The notes beneath the pieces were generated by a model. That model saw only the letters and a program-made list of their open reading frames with translations, made no database searches and had not been told where the DNA came from. From positions 1 through 64,000 of the forward strand of contig JAVRCV020000024.1 in the NCBI GenBank assembly GCA_034530615.2: DNA of 64,000 bases, given 5' to 3'. Position 1 is the stretch's first letter. Each line of letters opens with the position of its first letter. The stretch is from Aulosira sp. ZfuVER01. Lineage in GTDB: Bacteria; Cyanobacteriota; Cyanobacteriia; Cyanobacteriales; Nostocaceae. Positions 10,824 to 21,750 of the stretch are shown here, one piece after another. The position numbers and the translations under genes were made by a program.

Positions 10824-11561
10824 ATGAATACTTTTTCCGAAGAAATATCTAAAACATTACATATATATAAGAGAAATTGTACAGAATATACAAAGTGTTT
10901 GATTAGAAGAAAAGAAATTCTTCTTGATGGAAGACCAGAAGAGAAAGTGAGGCAATTATTTATCTACTTTTTGCTAAATCAAAGCGGATTATTTCCTAAA
11001 ACAATTCTTATAAAAGTGGAAGCTAACAATCATGACATAGAAATATATAAAGCAAGAGAAAATGACAATTTTAAACCATATTGTCCTCCTATCATGATTG
11101 TCGAAGTAAAGCGAGAAGAAGAAAACTTACATAATCACGAAAAGCAAATCGAAAGATACTTAAAACAATCGTGTTCACAATTTGGTATTTTATATAATTA
11201 CCATCAAATTATTGCATATACAAATAAAGATAAAGTATTTAGTAGTACTATTCTCAAAAGTCTTGAAGATATACCACCTTTAATATTGGAAAGTTCTAAT
11301 AATTTAGAGAAGGACACGATAGAATTTGAAAAAGCTGTAAATGGAAATTATGATAGTTTTATTTACCTTGCTAATAAGTACGGTAGATATAAACTAAACA
11401 AAATAGTTTTTAGACTGAAAGATGAGCAATTACCTCTATCAGGGTCTCGCTTTGAATTTCAAGATAATAAGATACACTGTTATATCTATGGTAAAGATAA
11501 CCAAAAGCGGCAAAGCTTTGATTATCAGAAATTTGATAAGCTACTTTCTATTATTTACTGA
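10824..11561 (+). CDS. Stand-alone HsdR N-terminal-like PD-(D/E)xK nuclease
   Basis: RPEEKVRQ, DIEI, IVEVKR, QIERY, GILYN motifs typical of the HSDR_N family; no helicase domain. Confidence 0.75.
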   Translation: MNTFSEEISKTLHIYKRNCTEYTKCLIRRKEILLDGRPEEKVRQLFIYFLLNQSGLFPKTILIKVEANNHDIEIYKARENDNFKPYCPPIMIVEVKREEENLHNHEKQIERYLKQSCSQFGILYNYHQIIAYTNKDKVFSSTILKSLEDIPPLILESSNNLEKDTIEFEKAVNGNYDSFIYLANKYGRYKLNKIVFRLKDEQLPLSGSRFEFQDNKIHCYIYGKDNQKRQSFDYQKFDKLLSIIY

Positions 11562-11654
11562 CAAAAATGAAATATTTCACAAAGTTTCAAGTGTTTGCTT
11601 GCACTTGTGTTTAATCTCAGCATAGAAATGCGATCGCTCTGTCTGTACAATTGG

Positions 11655-11732
11655 GGCGATGTCTGTCTTGAAAAGTTCAGATCGGCGGAAGCCGCCGCTC
11701 CGACTTTTCGCTACGACGGGCTACGCCTACGC
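11655..11732. mobile_element. Nested small dispersed repeats at a split HIP1 site
   Basis: GCGAT|GTC..TACGACGGGCTACGCCTA|CGC is interrupted by a ~47-bp hairpin element GTCTTGAAAAGTT...ACTTTTCGC (about 11665-11711). Confidence 0.7.
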
Positions 11733-11979
11733 ATATAATTTATAAATGTTTACTGCTGTTCTTCCTCATAAAACCAAACTTCTGCTAAAAGTGTGAAGCC
11801 AACCAGCCAAAGCAAGCAGAAAATCGAAAACAAGATTATTCCCATCATGGCTATTATCTCCCCCGGCTTAATTTCAGTGCAGAGTTATCTTCAAGGTAGC
11901 GAGAATTCATCTGGCTAAAAGTAAGTTGCAACAAAGTTTGACATTTTAGTATTTTTGCCCTTTAGTCAGCAAAATCATC

Positions 11980-14694
11980 TTAGTTAGACAGCAATTGTGC
12001 ATTTAATGCTTTAGTGATGCGATCGCTCGAAACTTCCAAGTGGGCTAGGGTAGAAATATCAAGATTTTCACCAAATTGTTTCAGCCTATTATCAATAGCT
12101 GTTTGTAATTGACGTAATTCATACCAAGCTAGTGTACGTCCATCTTCTGGGGCTTCAGTATTACGCAACATCATCTCTAGCAAAATCTTCAGATGTTCCC
12201 GTTGTAATGAACGGCGGATGCTAGATATTGCTTTCGGTTGCTCTGGAGTTAAAACTTCTTTCCAGATGCCTTTTTGGAGAGTATCAAACAGTTCTGGAAT
12301 GGAGAGAGCTTCTCCTGACTGTGATTTTAATTCTATATCTTGTAACCGATTCAGGCGATCGCTGTTTAAGAGCGATCGCAGTATCCTACTTTGGAAGTTG
12401 AAAATGCGATCGTGTATGGGATAATCAAGGCGATCGTTAGGTACGGGATTACCCCAGTGTTGCCAGCGTGACGGTGCTAACTGATTCAGCAATTGCGGTG
12501 AGAAACTAAAAGCATCCTCTGCAAATACATACTCTTGCAACTTTGCCAAAGCTTGACGTTGTTTGATGAGGGAAACTGGTACAAATGCCCAGGAAGTATC
12601 ATCACCAGCATGAACACGCCGAAATGATTGTCCGCCAATATATTGAGAAACGAAAGTGGCGTTGCGAAAATAATATTTCAGTACTCGATTAAATAAGATA
12701 CGCAGATTACTATAGCTTTCTCCTTTCGAGAGATAATGCTGATCGAGACGTTGCCACATCACACGGGCATTATCCATTTGCCACTGGGAATAAATAAGTA
12801 CATCACTACTCATATCCCAGAGATTTGCCAAGGGATTGATATCCCAGATATCTTCATCAGTAGCATAAGATAATTCTGGCTGTGGTGACGCTAGGGCAAT
12901 TTGTTCCAAAAAGCTTTTTTCTGCTTCTGGCATCATCGGCTCAAGTGTCGCTTGAGGATTTCTTTTATAACCATACTCAATTGCCCATTCATCATAAGGC
13001 CCGATCGCACCTGGAAAGTACTCGCCTTGCTGTTCTCCCTGTGGTGCTATATTCACCGGTAAATAATCCATCACCGAACCAGCTAAACCCTTGGTGTGAG
13101 TGATTTCGGTATTATTTAACTCCTGGGGCGCTAACATCGTACTGCCGTGAAAGTTGTGGCGTAAACCAAGAGTATGCCCGACTTCATGGGCGATAACAGA
13201 ACGCAAATATTGATGCACATACTCCCTCATCGCTTCAGTACTAGGTGTAGTGTTCTGCAACAGCGATAATGCCAGCGCTCCCATAGCTGCTTGATCTAAA
13301 GATTCCCTGCCATAGCAGATTTCAGAAGAAGGTAGAAGAATAGAATGATGAATATTTGCCTTTTGTCTTTCCCCAAAATCTTGACATGGGTTTTTGCTTG
13401 AATTTGCATCCATCAAGGCACGATATTCTTGCTGAATTGAACGCACCATACCAGCATCGACGATAATATCTGCATCCAATATTTCCCCAGTGAATGGGTT
13501 AACGCGCATCGGCCCTTTAGCAAAACCTGCATCTAGAGAATTGAACCAGCGAATCGTGTTATAACGTACATCTCCGGGTTGCCAATCAGCATCATCTGGC
13601 ATTTGCTGGACTTCAATAGCATTTGCAAATCCTGCTTTGGCAAAAGCTTGATTCCACATGAGAACACCTTCACGAATTGCGTCGCGGTACTCTAATGGCA
13701 CAGCATTTTCAATCCAAAACACAATGGGCTTTTTCGGTGGCGATAAAGGTGCGTTGGGATCGGATGGTTCTAGATGCCAACGATTAATGTAACGTACAAA
13801 TGGTTCTTGAGTATTATTATGAGAAAAATCTTGGAAAGCAGTAATAAAATAACCCACTCTATCATCAGCTATTCTGGGAATATAACCGTTGTTTTCTCTC
13901 AGTTGGGAAAAACTATAGTGTACTTTTAAAGTGAGCGCACGACTATCAGGTAGGGTGACTAAATTTGCACCTTCTGGTGATGAAAAGCCGTAAATTGAAT
14001 CAATTTCTATATTTTCAGGGAAGCTATTAACATCCTCAAAATATGACTTGCTTGCTTCCAAGCGATAATCAGCTTGTAAAGAATATTTTAATAGGGAAGT
14101 TAAACCCGGAAAATCCTGCATTAGCAAACTATCCAGGTTAATCAGAATATTTTTACTACGCGGATCGATAGTTTCTATTTCGAGTGCATAAAGAACTGAA
14201 TCGCTAAAAGAACGAGCAAGCGATCGCTGTTCTGCTTCACCTGGTTCTGTCCGAAATTTAACGTTACGAACTACAAAGTGCAAATTATTATTTACTCGCC
14301 GGAAGTAGAAGAGAAAATCAGAAAGCGGTAATCCACTATAAATCCCACTTTCCCCTAATCCCGATTCTAATGTCACTGTAGCTAAATAGTTTTTATTTAG
14401 TTGTTCTGGTGCTAGTTGTAAATAAATACTGCCGTCTTCGTGACTCCGATAAAGTGTGAATAAGCCCTCTAATTTCTCTGTACTTTTGACTAGCTCACGA
14501 AATCGACGGTAATCTTCTTTTCTATTTTCGCTAAAACTATTTTCAGCACTTGCTAATGTTTCAACTACTGGAACTGGATTTAAGTCCTGCACATAAATAT
14601 TTGCAAGTTGGTTGGCTGCGGCGTAATTAGTTCCTAGTACCACGTTATACAGCAGGACGGTATAGATTAGTAATTTCCTGAGCCAGTATTTCAT
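11980..14694 (-). CDS. Secreted zinc-dependent metalloprotease (DUF5117/EcxA-like met-zincin)
   Basis: Signal peptide, DDRVGYF, GEILDADI, HEVGHTLGLRHNF, SVMDY Met-turn. Confidence 0.9.
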   Translation of the reverse strand: MKYWLRKLLIYTVLLYNVVLGTNYAAANQLANIYVQDLNPVPVVETLASAENSFSENRKEDYRRFRELVKSTEKLEGLFTLYRSHEDGSIYLQLAPEQLNKNYLATVTLESGLGESGIYSGLPLSDFLFYFRRVNNNLHFVVRNVKFRTEPGEAEQRSLARSFSDSVLYALEIETIDPRSKNILINLDSLLMQDFPGLTSLLKYSLQADYRLEASKSYFEDVNSFPENIEIDSIYGFSSPEGANLVTLPDSRALTLKVHYSFSQLRENNGYIPRIADDRVGYFITAFQDFSHNNTQEPFVRYINRWHLEPSDPNAPLSPPKKPIVFWIENAVPLEYRDAIREGVLMWNQAFAKAGFANAIEVQQMPDDADWQPGDVRYNTIRWFNSLDAGFAKGPMRVNPFTGEILDADIIVDAGMVRSIQQEYRALMDANSSKNPCQDFGERQKANIHHSILLPSSEICYGRESLDQAAMGALALSLLQNTTPSTEAMREYVHQYLRSVIAHEVGHTLGLRHNFHGSTMLAPQELNNTEITHTKGLAGSVMDYLPVNIAPQGEQQGEYFPGAIGPYDEWAIEYGYKRNPQATLEPMMPEAEKSFLEQIALASPQPELSYATDEDIWDINPLANLWDMSSDVLIYSQWQMDNARVMWQRLDQHYLSKGESYSNLRILFNRVLKYYFRNATFVSQYIGGQSFRRVHAGDDTSWAFVPVSLIKQRQALAKLQEYVFAEDAFSFSPQLLNQLAPSRWQHWGNPVPNDRLDYPIHDRIFNFQSRILRSLLNSDRLNRLQDIELKSQSGEALSIPELFDTLQKGIWKEVLTPEQPKAISSIRRSLQREHLKILLEMMLRNTEAPEDGRTLAWYELRQLQTAIDNRLKQFGENLDISTLAHLEVSSDRITKALNAQLLSN

Positions 14695-15243
14695 CCTTTA
14701 GCTTTCCACCTGAAGCGGTTCTCATTTTGAGGAAAAAATGTGGATTAATGCGTCTGTCAGCCTAGCCTATACGTTCCAAATACTTAGGAATTACGCACTC
14801 GATCAATCCACTTAGTCAGACAATCAATTGTTTGTCATCAGAGAAAACACTACTAACAGAAAAGCAGTGTATTTTTAGAGCTTGTTGGGAATTATTCATT
14901 TATAAGATGAAATTTATTATATAGCAATATTTATGTCTTAAGATAGATGCCTTCTATGACTAAAGATATATGGATTTTGGGAATTTATTTTGTATTAAAA
15001 GCCAAAAAATGCCATAAAGATGTATTTACAGCTACATTTTGTCGCGTCAGGTATTTTCAAGGGAGACTGTTGGAAAGACTAAAATTTTCCTTAGTACAGC
15101 TTTGCGTAAAATCGTGGCGAATGGAGGGTTGAATTTTAAACGCAGAGGGACGCAAAGTTAAGCGCAAAGGAGCGCAGAGCCTTTATGAAGAGAATTGGTT
15201 ACGAACTTGTCACATCCTGTACTTAGTCTATAAATCTGGGAAA

Positions 15244-15666
15244 ATGCGCCAAAACCGTCAGCAATCAAAACTTATCCTCTTGTCTGCGCTCATCGTGGTA
15301 GTGATGGGCTTTTTCTTGAAGTACTATACCGGGCCTGGCCATCAATGGTTTAACAACTACGGAGCCGCTATATTTTACGAAATATTTTGGTGCCTGTTTG
15401 CATATTGGTTTGTTCGTAGTCAAAGAGCAGTCAAACAAATTCCCATCTGGGTTTTTATCATTACTTGCATCATCGAATTTTTGCAACTTTGGCATCCCCC
15501 AGTCTTGGAAGATATCCGCGCTACATTGATAGGTAAATGGTTGCTTGGCACTACCTTTGCTTGGTGGGATTTTCCTCATTATCTTTTGGGTAGTGCTTTA
15601 GGTTGGTTATGGCTTAGGCAATTACAAGGAATAAGCAATGCAAAAAAAAGTAAAAGTGAAACCTAA
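15244..15666 (+). CDS. DUF2809-family membrane protein
   Basis: Hydrophobic; IEFLQL and [10 protein letters not shown] motifs. Confidence 0.75.
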   Translation: MRQNRQQSKLILLSALIVVVMGFFLKYYTGPGHQWFNNYGAAIFYEIFWCLFAYWFVRSQRAVKQIPIWVFIITCIIEFLQLWHPPVLEDIRATLIGKWLLGTTFAWWDFPHYLLGSALGWLWLRQLQGISNAKKSKSET

Positions 15667-15865
15667 TTCAAAACAGCAAAAGATTGAAGAACAAACCGAT
15701 GGTAGCCTGAACGTACATTTAAAATCTCCACCAGTAGATGGCAAAGCTAATGAAGAGTTAATTAAACTACTAGCAGAAAAATTTAATGTACCAAAATCCC
15801 ATATTAAAATTAAATTGGGTGTATCTTCTCGACAAAAATTAGTAGAAATTGATACTGATATTTAA
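15638..15865 (+). CDS. DUF167 (YggU/UPF0235) protein
   Basis: VKVKPNSK and [16 protein letters not shown] motifs. Confidence 0.9.
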   Translation: MQKKVKVKPNSKQQKIEEQTDGSLNVHLKSPPVDGKANEELIKLLAEKFNVPKSHIKIKLGVSSRQKLVEIDTDI

Positions 15866-15952
15866 TATTAAATCAGGAGTCAGCGTTCAGTTAACAGCTA
15901 TCAGGCTAAAGCTGATAACTATTAACTGATAACTGTGGATAAAATCATGCTC

Positions 15953-16564
15953 TCATTCTTGATAAATGCTGATATAGCCTGGTTGAGATTTCACCCGTTC
16001 TATCCATGCTTGAATAGCTAGGAATTGTGTCAAATCAAATCCACCTTCATCTGCTACATGAGTGTAGGCAAATAAAGCAATATCAGCAATAGTATAGCGC
16101 TCTCCTACTAAAAAGCTGTGAGAGCTTAAGTGCTTTTCCATCACTTTTAATGCAGCATAACCAGGTTCTTTGCGTTGTTTTATAGCTTCTTGGTACTCTT
16201 GGGGCTTACCTAAAATGGAGATTAAAAATCTCGATGTAGCGATAAAAGGTTCATGGCTGTGTTGTTCAAAAAATAGCCATTGCAGCACCTGTGCGCGCAG
16301 AAATCTGTCATAAGGTAGAAATTCTGTGCCTTCACTTAAATACACCAATATGGCATTTGATTCTGCTAAGTATTTTCCTGGTTCAATCTCCAAAAGGGGA
16401 ATTTTACCGTTAGGATTTTTACTTAAAAATTCCGGTGTTCGAGTCTCGCCTTTGATGATGTTTACTTCTATCCTCTCAAATGGCATCCCAATTTGTGTCA
16501 ATAGAAGACGTATCTTATAGCCATTACCTGAAGGTAAAAAATCGTACAGCCGTAATATTTCCAT
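15953..16564 (-). CDS. Glutathione S-transferase
   Basis: SGNGYK, NPNGKIP, ESNAIL, TIADIAL. Confidence 0.92.
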   Translation of the reverse strand: MEILRLYDFLPSGNGYKIRLLLTQIGMPFERIEVNIIKGETRTPEFLSKNPNGKIPLLEIEPGKYLAESNAILVYLSEGTEFLPYDRFLRAQVLQWLFFEQHSHEPFIATSRFLISILGKPQEYQEAIKQRKEPGYAALKVMEKHLSSHSFLVGERYTIADIALFAYTHVADEGGFDLTQFLAIQAWIERVKSQPGYISIYQE

Positions 16565-16768
16565 GCCAAAAATATAATAGGGAATATGTTCAGAAGGTGG
16601 GGTTCAAAATACCATATCTTACCAAATGATTTTCAAAAAACCGGATATTTTCTGATTTATATTCAGTATCTGCGTGGGAAATAGAATTATCTGAAGAAAT
16701 AAAAAAACTATTAATTATTTATCATAATTTTAGATGTTTAATTTTAATCTGTGGTCGAAAATAAAAAT

Positions 16769-17452
16769 ATGTGTGGAAGATTCACTTTAAACCAGACAGC
16801 AGCAGCATTGGCTCAAGCTTTTGATGTAGAAGCGGTTCCCGACTTGGCGGCGCAATATAACATTGCACCTACGCAAATGGTGGCGACAGTGATACATAAA
16901 CCTGAAAGCCACAAGCGTGAATTTCAGCAGTTACGTTGGGGGTTAATCCCCTCATGGGCGAAAGACCCAGGAATAGGAGCCAAACTCATCAATGCTAGGG
17001 CAGAAACTGTAGCCGAAAAACCCTCTTTCCGTTCAGCTTTTAAGCACCGACGCTGTTTAGTATTGGCTGATGGCTTCTATGAATGGCAAAGACAACAGCA
17101 CAAAAAACAACCCTTTTACTTTCGTTTTCAAAATGGACAGCCCTTTGCTTTTGCGGGTTTGTGGGAGAAATGGCAATCTCCTGAAGGAGAGGAAATCACC
17201 TCTTGTACAATTTTGACAACAGCAGCCAACGAAGTACTCCAACCAATCCACGATCGGATGCCAGTGATTTTGGCTCCTAGCGATTACAATCTGTGGTTAG
17301 ACCCCCAAGAGCAAAAACCTGAAGTACTACAGGAGTTATTACATCCTTATCCAGCCGCAGCTATGACTAGCTACCCAGTTAGCACTTTGGTGAACAAACC
17401 TCAGCATAATACTCCAGAGTGCATCATGCCAATTAGTGAGAATAATCCCTGA
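16769..17452 (+). CDS. SOS response-associated peptidase (SRAP/YedK, abasic-site protection)
   Basis: The true start is probably MCGRF at 16769 (catalytic N-terminal Cys); INARAET, GFYEW, HDRMP. Confidence 0.93.
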   Translation: MCGRFTLNQTAAALAQAFDVEAVPDLAAQYNIAPTQMVATVIHKPESHKREFQQLRWGLIPSWAKDPGIGAKLINARAETVAEKPSFRSAFKHRRCLVLADGFYEWQRQQHKKQPFYFRFQNGQPFAFAGLWEKWQSPEGEEITSCTILTTAANEVLQPIHDRMPVILAPSDYNLWLDPQEQKPEVLQELLHPYPAAAMTSYPVSTLVNKPQHNTPECIMPISENNP

Positions 17453-17676
17453 TAAATCAGTAAAATTAGGTATCAAGTATAGCGATCGCAAAATTACCAG
17501 GTGGATTACGATTTGCGGCTCTCCCCTTTCATCCGTTTGACTAAAGAGGGACAATAGGGAGGTTCCACCTATGCCCACACGACGTAGATACAATACAATC
17601 GCGTCTCAACAACGGCTAAACAAACCCTCCTTTGGGCATCTTTTGAGCCAATAGCTGCAACCCCACAGAGGCAAAT

Positions 17677-18198
17677 ATGCCAAGAACACAGAAAAACGAT
17701 AACTTTATTGACAAGTCCTTTACAGTGATGGCGGATATCATCCTCAAGATACTGCCAACCAACAGAAAAGCTAAAGAAGCGTTTGTTTATTACCGAGATG
17801 GAATGTCGGCTCAAGCAGAAGGCGAATATGCTGAAGCCCTAGAATACTACGAAGAAGCCTTGACATTAGAGGAAGATCCTAACGATCGCGGCTATATCCT
17901 CTACAATATGGGACTAATATATGCCAGCAACGGCGACCATGACAAAGCTTTAGAACTTTACCACCAGGCAATTGAGTTAAACCCCCGTTTGCCCCAAGCT
18001 TTAAACAACATCGCCGTGATTTATCACTACCAAGGCGAAAAGCTTAAAGAAGTTGGGGATCATGACGGTGGTGAAGCAATGTTTGACCAAGCAGCCGATT
18101 ATTGGATCAGAGCGATTCGCATGGCTCCCAATAACTATATTGAAGCCCAAAACTGGCTGAAAACCACTGGCAGAATGCAAATTGACGTATTCTTTTAG
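17677..18198 (+). CDS. ycf3: Photosystem I assembly TPR protein Ycf3
   Basis: [15 protein letters not shown]...YYRDGMSAQ...[10 protein letters not shown]. Confidence 0.97.
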   Translation: MPRTQKNDNFIDKSFTVMADIILKILPTNRKAKEAFVYYRDGMSAQAEGEYAEALEYYEEALTLEEDPNDRGYILYNMGLIYASNGDHDKALELYHQAIELNPRLPQALNNIAVIYHYQGEKLKEVGDHDGGEAMFDQAADYWIRAIRMAPNNYIEAQNWLKTTGRMQIDVFF

Positions 18199-18288
18199 TC
18201 CAAAGTCAAGAGTCAAGAGTCCAAAGTCAATTAACCCTTGACCATTGATTCTTGACTATTGACCCTTGACCATTGACCCTTGACTCTT
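18198..18288. repeat. Inverted heptamer STRR arrays (AGTCAAG / CTTGACY)
   Basis: Tandem heptamers in opposing orientation between ycf3 and gatC. Confidence 0.75.
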
Positions 18289-18296
18289 AGTTAAAA

Positions 18297-18587
18297 ATGA
18301 TAGATCGTGAGCTAGTCCATAAAGTAGCCCTTCTCGCTCGTTTAGAGTTAACAGCAGAAGAAGAGGAGCAATTCACCACCCAGCTGGGAAGTATTCTCGA
18401 TTATATTGAGCAGTTAAATGAACTAGATGTCAGTGATGTGCCCCCAACAGCAAGGGCAATTGATGTGAGCAATGTAACGCGAGAGGATGAACTACAACCC
18501 TATCCTGACCGAGAAGCCATCCTCAAGGGTGCGCCTGAACAGGAGGGGGAATTTTTCAAAGTACCAAAAATTCTTAATGCTGAATAG
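18297..18587 (+). CDS. gatC: Asp/Glu-tRNA amidotransferase subunit C
   Basis: KVALLARLEL, QLNELDV..VPPT, FFKVPKIL. Confidence 0.95.
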   Translation: MIDRELVHKVALLARLELTAEEEEQFTTQLGSILDYIEQLNELDVSDVPPTARAIDVSNVTREDELQPYPDREAILKGAPEQEGEFFKVPKILNAE

Positions 18588-18592
18588 TCAAA

Positions 18593-18717
18593 ATAATTCG
18601 TAATTCGTAATTCGTAATTATTGCCACACGGCTGTAGAGCCTTAGCAATGCTAAACCCTTGTGGGGTCTAAAGTCTGAGGCTATGACTTTCGTTACGAAT
18701 TACGAACGAGTAATTAT
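18593..18717. repeat. MITE-like element bounded by inverted (AATTCGT)n / (ACGAATT)n heptamers
   Basis: The same terminal heptamers also bound 23575-23870. Confidence 0.6.
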
Positions 18718-18756
18718 TTGATCGTTAGCTAATGGCTAACAAATACGGAGGTAATT

Positions 18757-19725
18757 ATGGGTTTGGGAATCCTCAAAGATGGAAAGTGGATATCTGAAAG
18801 GGAACAAGAAGATTCACAAGGAAAATTTATTCGTCCCTCAACCACTTTTCGCAATAAAATTACAGCCGATGGCTCAAGCGGATTTAAAGCTGAACCAGGG
18901 CGTTATCATCTGTATATTTCTTGGGCTTGTCCTTGGGCTTGTCGCACTGCAATTATGCGTCAGTTAAAAGGGCTGACGGATGTAATTGGTTTATCGGTAG
19001 TTGGGGCGGTAATCGATCAAAATAGCTGGGAATTTAGTGATGAATCTGGTGCAATTCCTGATACGGTTAACGGGACTCAATATCTTTGGCAACTTTATCT
19101 CAAGGCTGACTCTAACTACAGTGGGCGGGTGACAGTCCCCGTTTTATGGGATATTCAGGAAAAGACAATTGTTAATAATGAATCTCGCGAAATCATTCGG
19201 ATGTTTGATACAGAATTCGATGCTTTCGCGAAAACAGATGTTAACTTCTATCCGCAAGATTTACAAAAATTAATTGAAGAGACAATTGATAAGATTTACC
19301 AACCAATTAATAATGGTGTTTATCGTGCGGGGTTTGCTACTACTCAGTTGGCTTATGATGAGGGCGTAACAGACTTATTTAATGCTCTCGATTATTGGGA
19401 ACAAGTTTTAGAAAACCAACGCTATCTCTGCGGTAATAAAATTACTGAAGCAGACTGGTGTATGTTTACCACCTTGTTTCGCTTTGATCCAGTGTATTAC
19501 GTGCATTTCAAATGCAACATTCGCCGCATTGTTGAGTATCCTAATCTATGGAATTATCTCAAAGAACTCTACCAAGTGCCGGGAGTTAAAGAAACTTGTA
19601 ATTTAGACCACATCAAACGGCATTATTACCAGAGTCACAACAAGGTTAACCCCACCAGGATTGTACCTAAAGGGCCGATGATTGATTTTGATGCGCCTCA
19701 TAATCGCGATCGCCTACCTATTTAA
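18757..19725 (+). CDS. Glutathionyl-hydroquinone reductase (YqjG/omega-like GST)
   Basis: ACPWA, GRVTVPVLWD, NNES, NNGVYRAGFA, HFKCN. Confidence 0.93.
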   Translation: MGLGILKDGKWISEREQEDSQGKFIRPSTTFRNKITADGSSGFKAEPGRYHLYISWACPWACRTAIMRQLKGLTDVIGLSVVGAVIDQNSWEFSDESGAIPDTVNGTQYLWQLYLKADSNYSGRVTVPVLWDIQEKTIVNNESREIIRMFDTEFDAFAKTDVNFYPQDLQKLIEETIDKIYQPINNGVYRAGFATTQLAYDEGVTDLFNALDYWEQVLENQRYLCGNKITEADWCMFTTLFRFDPVYYVHFKCNIRRIVEYPNLWNYLKELYQVPGVKETCNLDHIKRHYYQSHNKVNPTRIVPKGPMIDFDAPHNRDRLPI

Positions 19726-19839
19726 TCGGAAATCCCTATTCACCAAACTCAGCAATCAACACTATTTCCGAATTCAGCCCAACTTATAAGGCAGCTACAA
19801 TAGTACCCTAAAGAAGGATTATGCCTGATTCTTGATTTT

Positions 19840-21315
19840 ATGACTTCTGCTACAACTGTAAAAACTGAGTACGAAGCGATTATTGGTCTAGAAACCCATT
19901 GTCAGCTGAGTACCAATACCAAGATTTTTTCTACCAGCTCTACGGCATTCGGTGGTGAACCCAATACTAACATCGACCCAGTTTGTATGGGTTTACCTGG
20001 AGTCTTACCAGTTCTCAACCAAAAAGTACTAGAATATGCCGTCAAAGCAGGTTTGGCACTAAATTGCCAAATAGCCAAATATAGCAAATTTGACCGTAAA
20101 CAGTATTTTTATCCCGATTTACCGAAAAATTACCAAATTTCTCAATATGATTTGCCAATTGCCGAACATGGTTGGTTAGAAATTGAGTTGGTAGATGCTG
20201 ATGGTAATCCGACACGCAAACGTATTGGAATCACCCGTCTGCACATGGAGGAAGATGCCGGCAAATTGGTACACGCAGGTAGCGAGCGTCTTTCCGGTTC
20301 TACTTATTCTTTGGTAGATTACAATCGCGCAGGCGTGCCATTAGTAGAAATTGTTTCGGAACCAGATTTGCGTTCTGGACAAGAAGCTGCTGAATATGCC
20401 CAAGAACTACGCCGAATTTTGCGCTATCTTGGCGTCAGCGACGGCAATATGCAAGAAGGATCTTTACGTTGCGATGTCAACATCTCGATTCGTCCGGTGG
20501 GACAAAAAGAGTTTGGCACGAAAGTAGAAATTAAAAATATGAACTCATTCAACGCCATTCAACGGGCGATTGAATATGAAATTGAACGGCAAATTGCAGC
20601 TACAGAAGCAGGCGATCGCATTATTCAAGAAACGCGCCTGTGGGAAGAAGGTTCGCAACGTACAATTAGTATGCGGACGAAAGAAGGTTCTAGCGATTAT
20701 CGCTATTTCCCTGAACCAGATTTAGCACCAATTGAAGTTTCAAGAGAACAATTAGAGGCTTGGCGCAGCGAATTACCAGAACTACCGGCACAAAAACGCC
20801 ATCGTTATGAAACTGAATTGGGGCTTTCTGCTTACGATACGCGAGTTTTAACAGAAGATCGGCCATCTGCTGACTATTTTGAAAATGCGATCGCGGCGGG
20901 TGCAAATCCGAAAGCAGCCGCTAACTGGATTACTCAAGATATTGCAGCTTATCTCAATAAGCAAAAACTCAGCATTAGCGAAATCGCCTTGACTCCCAAA
21001 AATCTAGCTGATGTCATCGTTCGCATTGAACAAGGCAAAATTAGTAACGCCCAAGCTAAACAAAAATTACCAGACTTGCTTGCAGGTGTTTCTCCTGAGA
21101 AAGCTTTTGCTGGACAAGAACTGATCAGCGATCTTAGTGTTTTAGAACCAATCGTAGATGAAGTAATCGCCGCCAATCCCAAAGAACTAGAAAAGTACCG
21201 TAATGGGAATACTAATCTCAAAGGCTTCTTTGTTGGACAAGTGCTGAAAAAGACTGAAAAACGTGCCGATCCTAAGCTGACTAATGAGTTGGTAGAGAAG
21301 AAACTCAATTCTTAA
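19840..21315 (+). CDS. gatB: Asp/Glu-tRNA amidotransferase subunit B
   Basis: IGLETHCQL, YFYPDLPKNYQISQ, HMEEDAGK, YRYFPEPDL. Confidence 0.98.
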   Translation: MTSATTVKTEYEAIIGLETHCQLSTNTKIFSTSSTAFGGEPNTNIDPVCMGLPGVLPVLNQKVLEYAVKAGLALNCQIAKYSKFDRKQYFYPDLPKNYQISQYDLPIAEHGWLEIELVDADGNPTRKRIGITRLHMEEDAGKLVHAGSERLSGSTYSLVDYNRAGVPLVEIVSEPDLRSGQEAAEYAQELRRILRYLGVSDGNMQEGSLRCDVNISIRPVGQKEFGTKVEIKNMNSFNAIQRAIEYEIERQIAATEAGDRIIQETRLWEEGSQRTISMRTKEGSSDYRYFPEPDLAPIEVSREQLEAWRSELPELPAQKRHRYETELGLSAYDTRVLTEDRPSADYFENAIAAGANPKAAANWITQDIAAYLNKQKLSISEIALTPKNLADVIVRIEQGKISNAQAKQKLPDLLAGVSPEKAFAGQELISDLSVLEPIVDEVIAANPKELEKYRNGNTNLKGFFVGQVLKKTEKRADPKLTNELVEKKLNS

Positions 21316-21602
21316 TGCCGATTCAATTAATGATTGCGTGTGATGAATTGTTGTCAAGGGTGGGGAAACTCCGCCCCTACAAATACATCCACCGCATTAT
21401 TTTTTCAAATTTGTATAACTGCACATTTGCATAGGTTGAGGCTGACATGGGGACAGGGGAAAATTTTATTCTCCGCGTCCCCATGTCGTTTGTTGATGGG
21501 GAAATAATCAGTATATTTTTGGTACTTGCTTCACAAAATTGTTACAAAAAGAAATTGTGAAGATGGGTTATACCCCTCAATCCCAAAGTGCGATACTCTG
21601 TT

Positions 21603-21655
21603 AGATGAATGCACCATGATGGTCTGGAGAGCGCTTTTAGAGCCTCTTCTTTTTC
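21603..21655 (+). ncRNA. Putative sRNA copy 1 (divergent or decaying)
   Basis: AGATGAATGCACCATGATGGTCTGGAGAGC...CTCTTCTTTTT; weak -10 GATACT and an imperfect hairpin. Confidence 0.4.
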
Positions 21656-21750
21656 TTTGCCAATTCAAAGTAAAAAAATTTTAAAGATTTATCTAAAAAA
21701 TTCCTGTTAGGGGGTGTTGACCATCATCACACAAGTGCTATACTCATGTT

